From IMG/VR virus record IMGVR_UViG_3300033481_000003, positions 1 through 41,071 of that record: DNA of 41,071 bases; one strand, given 5' to 3'. Both the position numbers and the translations under genes were made by a program. Below the pieces are notes generated by a model. It was not told the origin of the DNA. It saw only the letters and a list, made by a program, of their open reading frames with translations, and made no database searches. Position 1 is the first letter of the stretch. Each line of letters begins with the position of its first letter. Below are positions 1 to 8,899 of this stretch, in pieces. The stretch comes from a virus (taxonomy: Duplodnaviria > Caudoviricetes).

Positions 1-127
1 TAGTGGTTGTTTTTGTCTGGGTATGCTGACATCACGTTTCCATTGTCATCCACTTCATGCTCGTACTCAATCATTTCCTTGTACAAACACGGTGTACGGT
101 TAGGGTCGATTTGTATCTTTCTGCATT
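1..127. repeat. 127-bp terminal direct repeat (copy 1); circular assembly overlap
   Basis: Identical to 40945-41071; lies inside the terminase ORF, which reads in frame across the join. Confidence 0.97.
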
Positions 128-1205
128 GTAGCCACTCGTGAGTATATCTGACCGAGTTCGGGGCTGTCCACGCATTTTGTGATATTATTCCGTTGTCCCT
201 GTAGTCTGCGATGCTTTGTGGTTCGTCTGATCCACAGTAAATAATATTATCGTCAAAACCGTGTTCGACTATCTTGTCGGCCATATCTTTGTTTCTTATC
301 TTGCATCCACCCAACTCGTCAAGTATCGTTATTGTTTCGTTGTTTGGATTGTAGTTCAAGCGAACAAACGCTTTAGGGTCGGGATACCATCCCCAGTCTT
401 GCCCCTGGTATATTCTTTCGAACTGATTAACTCGCTCGTCTGTCAATTCTACAATCTCTATATCATCGAAAATTGTAGTTCCAATCCCAACAGGTTCGCC
501 TAGAAACTCGTGCCGATATGCCTTTTCGTTGGTATCTCGCAAGTGCTCAGCATCGTTGATAAATTGTTGGCCTAACCAATCAGGGTCCACGTCTAGGTAT
601 GTACTACGGTGCTTGTAGCAATCGTCTTTTTGTGTATCGAACGACACATTTGCCCAGTTAGATCTAGAAATTGGTGGATTAAATGTCTTAAATACTACAT
701 ACTTCGAACCACCACGCAATACTGACTGCTGAACATTACGGATCTCTTGTTCTCCACTAAATTCATCCAACTCTTCGAACCACAAAAACTTGAAATAACC
801 TTTACTTACCTTTATCGACTTCAACTTTTTAGCCTTGTCCAAACCTCTAAACGTTATCTTTTGGCCTGTTGGCTTGTACACGCATTGCATAGGGCTGACG
901 CGACATTCCCAGTAATCACTAACGTTTAACGAATCAATTGCCCACAATATTTGCTCGTAAACACTTTCACGCAACGTATTAGCTACTTTTCGAAAGACTA
1001 TACCGTTTGCGTTCTCGTCTTCCATGATTCCTAAAACGATCATAACTGAAACAAAAGAGGATTTGGTACTACCTCTACCACCTGCCAATTCGAAGTAAGT
1101 TGCAACGTTATCAATTATCGACCAATACACTCGATAGAAAGGTTCAGCCACTAGATCCGTAAGATTAACAACTACATTATTTTGGTCTTGGGATGTTGTT
1201 AACAA
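1..1205 (-). CDS. terL: Terminase large subunit, PBSX family (N-terminal part; continues at 40944..40884 after circularisation, ~421 aa)
   Basis: Not in ORF track because it runs off the end. Manual translation: TTG start at 1205 with AAGGAGAGG RBS; Walker A GGRGSTKS, Walker B LWFEE, FNPP motif. Confidence 0.93.
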   Translation of the reverse strand, partial: MLTTSQDQNNVVVNLTDLVAEPFYRVYWSIIDNVATYFELAGGRGSTKSSFVSVMIVLGIMEDENANGIVFRKVANTLRESVYEQILWAIDSLNVSDYWECRVSPMQCVYKPTGQKITFRGLDKAKKLKSIKVSKGYFKFLWFEELDEFSGEQEIRNVQQSVLRGGSKYVVFKTFNPPISRSNWANVSFDTQKDDCYKHRSTYLDVDPDWLGQQFINDAEHLRDTNEKAYRHEFLGEPVGIGTTIFDDIEIVELTDERVNQFERIYQGQDWGWYPDPKAFVRLNYNPNNETITILDELGGCKIRNKDMADKIVEHGFDDNIIYCGSDEPQSIADYRDNGIISQNAWTAPNSVRYTHEWLQCRKIQIDPNRTPCLYKEMIEYEHEVDDNGNVMSAYPDKNNH

Positions 1206-1584
1206 TTGTTATCCTCTCCTTTTCCACTTTACTTTTCTCGATGATCGCCTGGAACTTAAGCAATTCGTTCGCAGCCTTTATTCTATCCTGTAGCGATGCA
1301 TCAATATCAAATTGGTCCTTAATGTTGCCTTGCATGACGTTAGATAGGAAGTCTAGGATCTCGTTTGTTGTGGCGATGTTTAGCTTTACTTCTTTGTTGG
1401 GTTCTGGGTCCTTTTGCAGTCGTTCTTCTATATATTGTTTGAGCGTGTTGTTTTGTGTGAGTGCGTTTCTTGCATAATTCGGCGAATACCCTGCAATCTT
1501 CCCACACTCGCTTGGTGGTTTACCCTGTAAATAAGCCTCTGCATATAGTTTTTCCTTAGCGGTCAATTTTCTCATATTAACCAC
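1177..1584 (-). CDS. terS: Terminase small subunit
   Basis: LTAKEKLYAEAY...AGYS HTH, EILDFLS...DRIKAANELLK motif; directly upstream of terL. Confidence 0.9.
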   Translation of the reverse strand: MVNMRKLTAKEKLYAEAYLQGKPPSECGKIAGYSPNYARNALTQNNTLKQYIEERLQKDPEPNKEVKLNIATTNEILDFLSNVMQGNIKDQFDIDASLQDRIKAANELLKFQAIIEKSKVEKERITIVNNIPRPK

Positions 1585-1834
1585 CTCTTTCCTTTTTCAA
1601 AACCTCAGCCAAAAACTTCACACACTCAATCTGAGAACAACTCTCAAATATCACAAAATCTTTGATCACGATAGTTCCATCTTTTTTCTTCTTCTCTCGC
1701 CTATCCTTGATCAAATACTTTGTTATCATTCTACCTTGTTCTTCGCTGTAAAACTGCACAGTATCAATTTTAACTATGTATCCAGTGTGTATTATAGCTG
1801 TCTGTAATTTCTTCATTAATCTTTTCGTATTCAT
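1577..1834 (-). CDS. Hypothetical phage protein, first gene of packaging operon
   Basis: ORF with AGGTG RBS, downstream of promoter 1853-1881, overlaps terS start. Confidence 0.8.
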   Translation of the reverse strand: MNTKRLMKKLQTAIIHTGYIVKIDTVQFYSEEQGRMITKYLIKDRREKKKKDGTIVIKDFVIFESCSQIECVKFLAEVLKKERGG

Positions 1835-1852
1835 ATTTTATCACCTAATTTT

Positions 1853-1881
1853 ATTATATCACCGTGTTTTGATTGTGGCAA
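1853..1881 (-). promoter_or_regulatory. Sigma-A-type promoter for packaging/head operon
   Basis: TTGCCA-17 bp-TATAAT with extended TG (CGGTGATATAAT). Confidence 0.75.
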
Positions 1882-1892
1882 ATTTACGCGAC

Positions 1893-1923
1893 AAAAAAGG
1901 AAACTAGCATTTGCTAATCTCCT
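1893..1923 (-). terminator. Rho-independent terminator ending the lysin operon
   Basis: AGGAGATTAGC-AAAT-GCTAGTTTCCT hairpin followed by T run. Confidence 0.8.
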
Positions 1924-2066
1924 ACGATACACTTGTTTATATACTCTTCTTGTAACTTCTTGCACTCATTTTCTTCAATCTCTCCACACTCGCACTTTCT
2001 TTGTAATATCTCCAGTGCGTGAAACATGGAGCGAAAACCATATCTTTTATATAATTCTTCTAACAT
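1914..2066 (-). CDS. Small hypothetical protein, 50 aa (MLEELYKRYGFRSMFHALEILQRKCECGEIEENECKKLQEEYINKCIVGD)
   Basis: Manual translation; AAGGAG RBS 8 nt upstream; stop inside terminator. Confidence 0.7.
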   Translation of the reverse strand: MLEELYKRYGFRSMFHALEILQRKCECGEIEENECKKLQEEYINKCIVGD

Positions 2067-2186
2067 TCTTTCATCTCCTTATCTTGCTGTTATGCAAACA
2101 CCACACACCGTTCTTAAAACATACATATCGTCAATCTTTGTCATACAGTTACACTCTCCACAAAAATCTTCTTCGTGCACTACATT

Positions 2187-2321
2187 CTATTTTTCTTCAA
2201 TTTTCCTATATCCACAACCCAAACACTCTGTTACTCTAAACGCTCTATACTTATCATACATCAGACTTTTCTTTTTCTTCTTTTTCTTACACTTACACTC
2301 TACTTTAACAACTTGTTCCAT
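2187..2321 (-). CDS. Small basic Cys-containing protein, 44 aa (CxC...CxxC, poly-Lys)
   Basis: Manual translation; GGAGAGGTGG RBS; overlaps the amidase stop. Confidence 0.55.
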   Translation of the reverse strand: MEQVVKVECKCKKKKKKKSLMYDKYRAFRVTECLGCGYRKIEEK

Positions 2322-3121
2322 GTCTGAAAATCCACCTCTCCTGTTACTGGAATCTTGTACTTTCGCTGAAATGATTTTGTTGCGAATTCTGTATTATTTC
2401 CGTCTTTCCCATCCAACGTCAAAGGCTTTCCATCTGCACCCTTGCAACCCTTTGCATTTAATAGGATCTGTGCAGCTAACACGGTGTTACCCTTGTCTCC
2501 AATTTTCAAAGTCTTCAGATAAATAGCAATCTCTTTCGTGTTCTTCTTTTCTTCCATTTCAATCTCTTCTTTTATCTCTCTGCCCAATATAGCACTTACG
2601 ATATTTCTTGCAATCTCCTTAGCCTGTACTTTGTTGTATAGTGCTACGTCGTCATGATCATTCACAAAGCACACTTCTAGCAACATTGCTGTTTCAGGTC
2701 TTTTCCTAATAACATAAAAATCAGATCCATTTTTTACTCTACGGTTCGTAAACCCTAGCTTTTCCATTCTGCATAATATTTCCTCTGCAATCTTCACATT
2801 TTTACACTTTTCGTCCATGTATATCTCAGTGCCCTTGTTTTTTCCATCTCCAATAAGATCATTGTCATTTGAGCTGTTAAAGTGTATGTGAAGATCTAAC
2901 GTGCTGACTGTGTTTTCTATCTTTTCAACACACTTAACTAAAATATCATTCTGACTCACACCATCGTTAACCGTGCAGTCGATACACTGCTCTTTCTCTT
3001 GTTTCATCCAGTATTTTATCCAGTGTGTTACAATCCTGTTTTCCGTGCTTTCCTTAATCAACCCTATTGCCCCGCACGCTACTTTTCCGTCTTGGTTATG
3101 TCCTGCTGTTACTGTTATCAT
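2300..3121 (-). CDS. Endolysin: N-acetylmuramoyl-L-alanine amidase (Amidase_3) with C-terminal peptidoglycan-binding domain
   Basis: AGH...E, HIHFN, LLEVCFV zinc-amidase motifs; C-terminal LKIGDKG..V..AQ..L...DG..G..T..A...FQ PG_binding_1 pattern. Confidence 0.92.
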   Translation of the reverse strand: MITVTAGHNQDGKVACGAIGLIKESTENRIVTHWIKYWMKQEKEQCIDCTVNDGVSQNDILVKCVEKIENTVSTLDLHIHFNSSNDNDLIGDGKNKGTEIYMDEKCKNVKIAEEILCRMEKLGFTNRRVKNGSDFYVIRKRPETAMLLEVCFVNDHDDVALYNKVQAKEIARNIVSAILGREIKEEIEMEEKKNTKEIAIYLKTLKIGDKGNTVLAAQILLNAKGCKGADGKPLTLDGKDGNNTEFATKSFQRKYKIPVTGEVDFQTWNKLLK

Positions 3122-3137
3122 ATTATCGCCATCCTTT

Positions 3138-3410
3138 CTATTTCCTTGTAAACATTTCCATCATGGTCCTTACTGTTATTTCAAACTCCTGGCACTTTCT
3201 CGCCAATGAATTAATTGCCTGTTTCTGCTTTTCACACTCTTCCGTCTTATCTTCAAGTGCCTTTTCCAGATCTGCAATCCTTTTTTCAACAAACATCACG
3301 TTTGTTTCCTCTGTCGACTTTTTAATAACTTCCTCAATTGGTTTCAATTCTTCATTTTTTTCTAATCTTTCCATTGCAATCTCCTTAAATTTTTTTAGTA
3401 TGTTTAACAT
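3138..3410 (-). CDS. Coiled-coil hypothetical protein (start at 3410 or 3374)
   Basis: ORF track 3138..3440; AAGGAG RBS precedes ATGs at 3410 and 3374. Confidence 0.75.
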   Translation of the reverse strand: MLNILKKFKEIAMERLEKNEELKPIEEVIKKSTEETNVMFVEKRIADLEKALEDKTEECEKQKQAINSLARKCQEFEITVRTMMEMFTRK

Positions 3411-3411
3411 T

Positions 3412-3440
3412 ATTATACTCCTTTTTGATTTTTTAGGCAA
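3412..3440 (-). promoter_or_regulatory. Promoter for lysin operon
   Basis: TTGCCT-17 bp-TATAAT directly after terminator 3444-3465. Confidence 0.6.
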
Positions 3441-3443
3441 ATA

Positions 3444-3465
3444 AAAAGGCTGAACTAGTCAGCCT
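3444..3465 (-). terminator. Rho-independent terminator
   Basis: AGGCTGA-CTAGT-TCAGCCT followed by TTTT. Confidence 0.75.
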
Positions 3466-3472
3466 AGATATT

Positions 3473-3958
3473 CTACTTCTTTTGATTTTTCAAAAACTCT
3501 CGTCTTTCTTTTTCTCTTTTTTCTTCAACCATATACATTTCTTCGTTTTCGTCTATATAGTATCCGTCTGAATCTACTGCAAAGCAATTTCCTAAATTAT
3601 CAAAAACAAAATCGTTGTCACCATAATTAATAGATATATATTTCTTAGTTTTTGAAACAAATGCAAATAATTTTCTTCCTATTATTTCATCCATAAGCAC
3701 AATAATATCCAATTCACTTTCAGCATTTTCAAGAACTTTGCATACTTCTTTATTACCTTGATCAATAAATATATTCGCCAATATTTTTAATGTTTCACAA
3801 TTTAAAAAGAATAATCTATCACTAAATTCTTTATCGCCTTGTTCTCTTTTTATTTTTTTCATATTTTTTCTTTCATTTATTCCTAGAATTCTCAGTGTAC
3901 TTTTATCTGCACTATTACATATAATGTATCCATTTTCAAAATCAATTTTTTTAATCAT
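3473..3958 (-). CDS. Hypothetical protein
   Basis: 161-aa ORF with AAGGAG RBS. Confidence 0.8.
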   Translation of the reverse strand: MIKKIDFENGYIICNSADKSTLRILGINERKNMKKIKREQGDKEFSDRLFFLNCETLKILANIFIDQGNKEVCKVLENAESELDIIVLMDEIIGRKLFAFVSKTKKYISINYGDNDFVFDNLGNCFAVDSDGYYIDENEEMYMVEEKREKERREFLKNQKK

Positions 3959-3973
3959 AAAATTCTCCTTATT

Positions 3974-4348
3974 CTAATAATTTTTGCTATATCCAACTTG
4001 TTTTATGCTAACAACCTCGCTAGATGTTTCACCATAGTCCAAATATTTAACAGTATAGTATTCTTCTTTTGTTGCTGATACATATTCATCCTGTTCACAT
4101 GTCATTGTTATTATCTGCCCATCCGAGTTTTTAAACTTCAAGTAATAATCAATTTCTACTTCGCTTTCGTATCTCTTTTTTATTTTGTTGTATTCAGTTT
4201 CTTGTTTTTCTATTTTTTCCTTGTCAACACACATCATCTTTTCTTCTCTTGTGCGTTTTTCAACTTCATCCACAGCAAATATACAAAACGCTGTAACCAA
4301 ACCTATAATACCTAACATTATCAATATACTTATTACACATTCTTTCAT
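3974..4348 (-). CDS. Membrane-anchored hypothetical protein (N-terminal TM, beta-rich C-terminus)
   Basis: Hydrophobic N-terminus; ATGA overlap with upstream gene. Confidence 0.75.
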   Translation of the reverse strand: MKECVISILIMLGIIGLVTAFCIFAVDEVEKRTREEKMMCVDKEKIEKQETEYNKIKKRYESEVEIDYYLKFKNSDGQIITMTCEQDEYVSATKEEYYTVKYLDYGETSSEVVSIKQVGYSKNY

Positions 4349-4686
4349 TCCTCTTCATCCTTTCTCTGATCCATTATAATTTTCGCAAACTCCACTATAT
4401 CCCTCAACCTCATAATCGCCACAAACTCACCACGATTTTTCTTGTGGCACACAATAGGTATTTTCTTTCCATCTGCGTCCCTTATCGCTTGATCAAGTGC
4501 ATCGTACAGCCTTAGTGTCTCGGTCCTCTTGCACTCAATATGCACACCCTCAATTCCGACAACGTCCTCTCCCTCAATTCCGCTGAACTGCTGACCCCTT
4601 TTACACTCCTTAAACCCCAATTCCCTTAATTCCTTTGCTAACTCTCTTTCCCCACGTTTACCCTTTTCCTTGCTCATTTTTCCCAT
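4345..4686 (-). CDS. Holliday junction resolvase-like PD-(D/E)xK nuclease
   Basis: SKEKGKRGERE...D....IECK motif. Confidence 0.8.
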   Translation of the reverse strand: MGKMSKEKGKRGERELAKELRELGFKECKRGQQFSGIEGEDVVGIEGVHIECKRTETLRLYDALDQAIRDADGKKIPIVCHKKNRGEFVAIMRLRDIVEFAKIIMDQRKDEEE

Positions 4687-5212
4687 TTCGCCACATCCTT
4701 TTCATTTGTTCAATTATTTCTGGTTGAAGTGTTTCTATGCCTAGCTGTTTACACTCTTGGATTATTCCATCTAAAAACACTTGCATTTCTTTTGTATCAA
4801 AGTCACTGGATCCGTAATATAAACGGTATTGAATAGCCATGGTCCCATTTACGTCGACCTCTCCAACTTCCTCGATCTCTCGATACAATTCCTTTAACTT
4901 CTCACTTGCTTTCTTATCCTTTAGCAGTATGTAAGTGCATTTGTTTGAGTGATCCTTAAGCATTTTCAAGTACACTTCCCACTTCGTAATATTTAACTCG
5001 CAAGCGATCTTCTGCATCAACACCCATGCATAGCTATTCGCATCCCTCGACCGTTTTTGCCTATACTCTTTTACTTTAACACTGATCCGTTTATTTAAAA
5101 ACTTGTCAGCTGTGTTTCTTGCTGTTCTTACGTCTTCCACTTCCACGTTCATTATTGTTTTGTTCGTGAGCACATCCGTAGACATGCCCACAATTTTTCC
5201 CACAATTTCCAT
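4658..5212 (-). CDS. NinB-like recombination protein
   Basis: KRSRDANSYAW and GSSDFDTKEMQVFLDGIIQECKQLGIET motifs. Confidence 0.75.
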   Translation of the reverse strand: MEIVGKIVGMSTDVLTNKTIMNVEVEDVRTARNTADKFLNKRISVKVKEYRQKRSRDANSYAWVLMQKIACELNITKWEVYLKMLKDHSNKCTYILLKDKKASEKLKELYREIEEVGEVDVNGTMAIQYRLYYGSSDFDTKEMQVFLDGIIQECKQLGIETLQPEIIEQMKRMWRNGKNEQGKG

Positions 5213-5590
5213 CTACTCACCCCTTAGCCACTTCCCCCAGTCCTTGGAAGGATCAAGTTTGTTCATCATGTTTTTTATTTCCAAAAGGCTTTTTTCTTTT
5301 GTCTTTGGAGATATTACAAGTGTGTCCTCGTCAAGTCTTTCAATCTCAAAATAAGTACCTGGTTCTGATAAAAATATCTTTCTAACTTCTACAGGGATTG
5401 TCATCCTGTTCAATTCGTCAAATCTTGATATACCATCCTCTACCATTTCCACAATCATCTTTCCATTTTCCATAAACATGTTATATCTGTTTGATTTTAC
5501 AAAATGCTTAGGTACTGTTATTCTTCCAAGCCTGTCCTGTGCCCTGTAATATCCTGTTTTTTTTACCAAACTAAAATCAATCTTTCTCAT
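5213..5590 (-). CDS. Tandem AbrB/MraZ-like DNA-binding protein
   Basis: Two D.LGRI.IP-type motifs (DRLGRITVP, DELNRMTIP). Confidence 0.65.
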   Translation of the reverse strand: MRKIDFSLVKKTGYYRAQDRLGRITVPKHFVKSNRYNMFMENGKMIVEMVEDGISRFDELNRMTIPVEVRKIFLSEPGTYFEIERLDEDTLVISPKTKEKSLLEIKNMMNKLDPSKDWGKWLRGE

Positions 5591-5591
5591 T

Positions 5592-5882
5592 TCAATCCTC
5601 CACTATATTTTTATTAAATTTTTTTATAAAATCCTTGTCCGATCCATTATAAATATTTCTACATTCCATCCTAACCTTGTTTGATATCTCTGCATTTCCA
5701 TGTATTCCATTTCTTCCAGTACCATGGCACTCTGCACATAACCTAACCATAAACCCATGCTTTTCACTGTTCTTCTTTGCAAACTTGTTAAACACGTGAT
5801 GCCATTGTCCTGTATACTCAATCCATCTGCCACACAGGTAACATGTGGCAATGTCAGACTGAATCGCTGACCAGTACCTCAC
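5592..5882 (-). CDS. Zn-binding HNH-like nuclease
   Basis: CYLCG..HHVF..LCAECH..GIH. Confidence 0.7.
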   Translation of the reverse strand: MRYWSAIQSDIATCYLCGRWIEYTGQWHHVFNKFAKKNSEKHGFMVRLCAECHGTGRNGIHGNAEISNKVRMECRNIYNGSDKDFIKKFNKNIVED

Positions 5883-5986
5883 TTGAAAAAGAACATTGCT
5901 GTTATATATATTAGTGCAATAACAGACGTGAATACTAGCTTTAAAGCAATCTCTAAGAATCTTTCCTCTTCCTTATTTTCTTCCAT
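5879..5986 (-). CDS. Small single-TM protein, 35 aa
   Basis: Manual translation MEENKEEERFLEIALKLVFTSVIALIYITAMFFFK; GTGA coupling to next gene. Confidence 0.6.
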   Translation of the reverse strand: MEENKEEERFLEIALKLVFTSVIALIYITAMFFFK

Positions 5987-6830
5987 CCTGTTCAATCCTT
6001 TTCTTTAATTTTTTTATAATATGTCCTTCGAAATCGTTTTCTGTTTTTTCAATAAATTCCAACACTGTAAAAGTGTCTTTTTCTACATCAATCCCATGCT
6101 TTTTTAAAAATGCATCTCTACCTGGTACGCATGATATAGTCAAAATGTTATGCCAGTCATAAAAATCTTTTGCACTATATTTCTTTGTAATGCTTGGAAA
6201 ATTTTTCATGAACTCTTCTATTCTTTCATCAACGTCCATATCTTCATATACTTTCATTTTTGCACTTTCAAGTGCTTGTTTTATCGTATATCCATGTGCA
6301 AATTTATTTCCTATTTTTGCTACATAGCATTTTTTTAGTGTCATGTCATAATTTAAAATATATCCTGATAATATATTTTCTTTTATACTTTTTACTGCTG
6401 TCTGAGTGTTGTCTATTAAAACAACACTCATTTTGTTAACCATTTTTATTCCTTTGCCGTATCCGTAGCCGTTGCCGTAGCCGTTGCCGTCGCCGTTGCC
6501 GTCGCCGTATCCGTAGCCGTTGCCGTAGCCGTTGCCGTCGCCGTTGCCGTCGCCGTATCCGTTGCCGTAGCCGTCGCCGTCGCCGTCGCCGTATCCGTTG
6601 CCGTTGCCGTTGCCGTCGCCGTCGCCGTATCCGTGGTCGTTTCCGTGGCCGTTTCCGTAGCCGTAGCCGTCCCCATAGACGTGGCCGTTGCCGTCGCCGT
6701 TGCCGTCGCCGTATCCGTTGCCGTAGCCGTCGCCGTCGCCATTGCCGTTTCCGTCGCCGTTTGCTTTTCCGTATCCGTAAATATATTTATCAATCTTTAA
6801 AAAACTTTCAATCTTTTCTAGTAAATCCAC
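5973..6830 (-). CDS. Glycine-rich (G-D/N/Y)n repeat phage protein
   Basis: ORF track 5973..6851, probable GTG start at 6830; ~110-aa Gx repeat then globular domain with AHG..L..A and WH..LT.SC..GR..F motifs. Confidence 0.85.
   Translation of the reverse strand: MDLLEKIESFLKIDKYIYGYGKANGDGNGNGDGDGYGNGYGDGNGDGNGHVYGDGYGYGNGHGNDHGYGDGDGNGNGNGYGDGDGDGYGNGYGDGNGDGNGYGNGYGYGDGNGDGNGYGNGYGYGKGIKMVNKMSVVLIDNTQTAVKSIKENILSGYILNYDMTLKKCYVAKIGNKFAHGYTIKQALESAKMKVYEDMDVDERIEEFMKNFPSITKKYSAKDFYDWHNILTISCVPGRDAFLKKHGIDVEKDTFTVLEFIEKTENDFEGHIIKKLKKRIEQDGRK
6455..6778. repeat. Hexanucleotide tandem repeat (GGC/GGA + NAC on coding strand)
   Basis: Continuous ccgt(a/t/c)g-type units; GC-rich island in AT-rich genome. 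Confidence 0.95.
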
Positions 6831-7108
6831 TCTTTTACCCCCTCTATACATTTTATAGCTTTTTCCTCACATTTTATGACTTGGCAGCAGTCCATTACTA
6901 TTAATTCTTTTACAGTAACGGTAAACTTACAATCTTTTGCGTTCTGTACTCCATCCCTTGCAATTTGCTCAACTGCATTGGCTCCAGACCAATAATAAAG
7001 CTTTCTAGCATCTCTTAATTCAACATCTCTTCCATCAAACTTTTCCAATGTTCCAAAAAATACTCCTGCCATATTACTTCTTAAAACAACCTTATCGCCT
7101 TTTTTCAT
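6818..7108 (-). CDS. Conserved phage protein, DUF6948-like
   Basis: R...AGVFFG.L...V.L..ARKL.YW.GA...Q.A..G pattern. Confidence 0.75.
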   Translation of the reverse strand: MKKGDKVVLRSNMAGVFFGTLEKFDGRDVELRDARKLYYWSGANAVEQIARDGVQNAKDCKFTVTVKELIVMDCCQVIKCEEKAIKCIEGVKEWIY

Positions 7109-7149
7109 CTTAATTTACCTCTTTCATTTTTTATTTTTTAATTTTATTT

Positions 7150-7566
7150 TTAGCAAAATGGTAACTCTTCCTCAATTCCCTCTGGAACGTTCATAAATCC
7201 GTTGTCGTGCTGTTCTGTTTTCTTATATCCGTAATCCGAATCCGTTCTTTTGCTTTCTGCAAACTCAATTTCTTCCACGAATATTTCAACATTAAATACT
7301 TTTTGACCGTCTTTGTTCGTGTAATTATTGTTTTGTAATCTTCCACTTGTTACTATTTTTGTTCCCTGTTTCAGATACTTTTCAATAAATTCAGCCTGTT
7401 TGCCGAATGCCACACAATTAAAAAAATCTGCATCAGGCTCACCATCTCTTTTAAATTTACGATCGACTGCAAGTGAAAACCTTGCAATCGCTGTTTGTGT
7501 GTTACCTTGTGAATATCTAACTTCTGGATCTCTTGTTAATCTTCCCATCAAAATAATTTTGTTCAT
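7150..7566 (-). CDS. ssb: Single-stranded DNA-binding protein
   Basis: MNKIILMGRLTRDPEVRY, acidic tail EELPF. Confidence 0.96.
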   Translation of the reverse strand: MNKIILMGRLTRDPEVRYSQGNTQTAIARFSLAVDRKFKRDGEPDADFFNCVAFGKQAEFIEKYLKQGTKIVTSGRLQNNNYTNKDGQKVFNVEIFVEEIEFAESKRTDSDYGYKKTEQHDNGFMNVPEGIEEELPFC

Positions 7567-7580
7567 GTTCTACCTCTTTC

Positions 7581-7664
7581 TTATTTTTTTCTAGTGATGT
7601 TATAAACACAATACGCTATATCTATTACAATAAAAAATCCTAACAAATAACCTATGATCTCCAC
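7581..7664 (-). CDS. Small single-TM peptide, 27 aa
   Basis: Manual translation MEIIGYLLGFFIVIDIAYCVYNITRKK; AAGGAGGG RBS before GTG. Confidence 0.6.
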   Translation of the reverse strand: MEIIGYLLGFFIVIDIAYCVYNITRKK

Positions 7665-7675
7665 GTAATCCCTCC

Positions 7676-8152
7676 TTATCTGATTCTAATTGACCTAGTT
7701 TGCACTAATTTTGCAAATTCGAGACACAAACCGTCTTTCAAGTCTTCCTTAACTTTTGCTTTATCAATCTCTTGTTTTACAACCTTGTATTCATCAGGAA
7801 TGCTTTCAATGTCTTCATTTTCCCAAACAACTTTCACCGGATTGTTCTGAATACCGAAACTGAACAATTCCGTTTTGAACTTTTCTTTTCCAGTCAACTC
7901 CATAGAAAGTTGAAGATTTTCTTTCATGTTAACTATATTGTTTTCAATTACTCGTCTTTTCTCTGCTAGTCTCTTTTCTTCTTGCTTTATCGTTTCAACA
8001 TCTCCAGTCAACTGTTTTATGATTTTAGCCATTCCATCGGCTTTTTCCTCAATTGCACAATCAATTTGTTCTAAAATTTCGCTTACGTCTTCCATTTCGG
8101 AAAGTTCCAAAATTTCTAGGAACTTTCCAGTCAAACTATAAAGATTCATCAT
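7676..8152 (-). CDS. Siphovirus Gp157 family protein
   Basis: LY.L.....EEKAD...IK.EEKRL...K.KT.LFSF.IQ.NP...DK..K..LK.G pattern. Confidence 0.88.
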   Translation of the reverse strand: MMNLYSLTGKFLEILELSEMEDVSEILEQIDCAIEEKADGMAKIIKQLTGDVETIKQEEKRLAEKRRVIENNIVNMKENLQLSMELTGKEKFKTELFSFGIQNNPVKVVWENEDIESIPDEYKVVKQEIDKAKVKEDLKDGLCLEFAKLVQTRSIRIR

Positions 8153-8775
8153 TTACCCTCGCTTTCTTTTTTCTTTTCTAACTTGTTCAGACCGTCGTTA
8201 ATTCTTTCCAACGTTTCAAGTGGCATTTTGTTGATGTCATCGCACTTGTAAAACGTTTTTATTACTGTGATATCCTGATTCAATACTTTAAATCTTTCAA
8301 GCAAATCATCAACCTGTTTTTTTGTTGCAACTTTAACAGGTTTTGTCTTTGCTTGTACTTCGTGGCTTTCTTGGTCAGGGTCAATCATTTCCTTTGTAGG
8401 AATGCAGAACACTTGAAACAATGCGTATTTGAAAGCAATTGACATAGCTTTGTTTGTTGACTTATCACCACTATCCATACCCTCACCTATCACGATTGTA
8501 GAAATACTTGAACCGTCATCAGTTATGAAAGTGTATTTTACTTTCAATGTTGAGTAAATCAACACACCACCATTTTTTGTTGTTCTTTCTTCCCTTTGCA
8601 TTTCCAAAACCTCTGGAACTGCTATAACATTATATTTTGCCATTACTGGGCTTAATGCGTTCATTACATCATCAATACCACGATACGCAAATCCTTGCGT
8701 TTTGTTTACCGAATCCTTTCCTACGCTCCCGATTTCTTTTGATACATTGATTAATGCCTTATAAATATTGCTCAT
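8149..8775 (-). CDS. ERF-family single-strand annealing protein
   Basis: K...N..Q.F.YRGIDDV, GEGMDSGDK..NKAMS.AFKYAL. Confidence 0.88.
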   Translation of the reverse strand: MSNIYKALINVSKEIGSVGKDSVNKTQGFAYRGIDDVMNALSPVMAKYNVIAVPEVLEMQREERTTKNGGVLIYSTLKVKYTFITDDGSSISTIVIGEGMDSGDKSTNKAMSIAFKYALFQVFCIPTKEMIDPDQESHEVQAKTKPVKVATKKQVDDLLERFKVLNQDITVIKTFYKCDDINKMPLETLERINDGLNKLEKKKESEGK

Positions 8776-8899
8776 TTCTCATTTCCTCGCTTTCATTTTC
8801 AATCACTCTTTTATTGTTAAAACCAACATACTCTCTGTCATCTTCCATATCTGCGTACTTTTCAGGTACGCAGTCCATCATATATAAATTATTCCCCAT
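8759..8899 (-). CDS. Small hypothetical protein (probable start ATG 8899)
   Basis: Part of track ORF 8759..8959; GGAG-like RBS before MGNNLY; overlaps neighbours. Confidence 0.5.
   Translation of the reverse strand: MGNNLYMMDCVPEKYADMEDDREYVGFNNKRVIENESEEMRNEQYL

Noticed and set aside
1-1176. Apparent gene-free region or stop-codon recoding
   Set aside because: TerL reads in the standard code in the parts translated and stays in frame across the join; other genes end normally in TAA/TAG/TGA
6446-6793. Poly-Thr-Ala 115-aa ORF (antifreeze-like)
   Set aside because: Alternative frame of the hexamer repeat, which lacks stops by construction; no RBS
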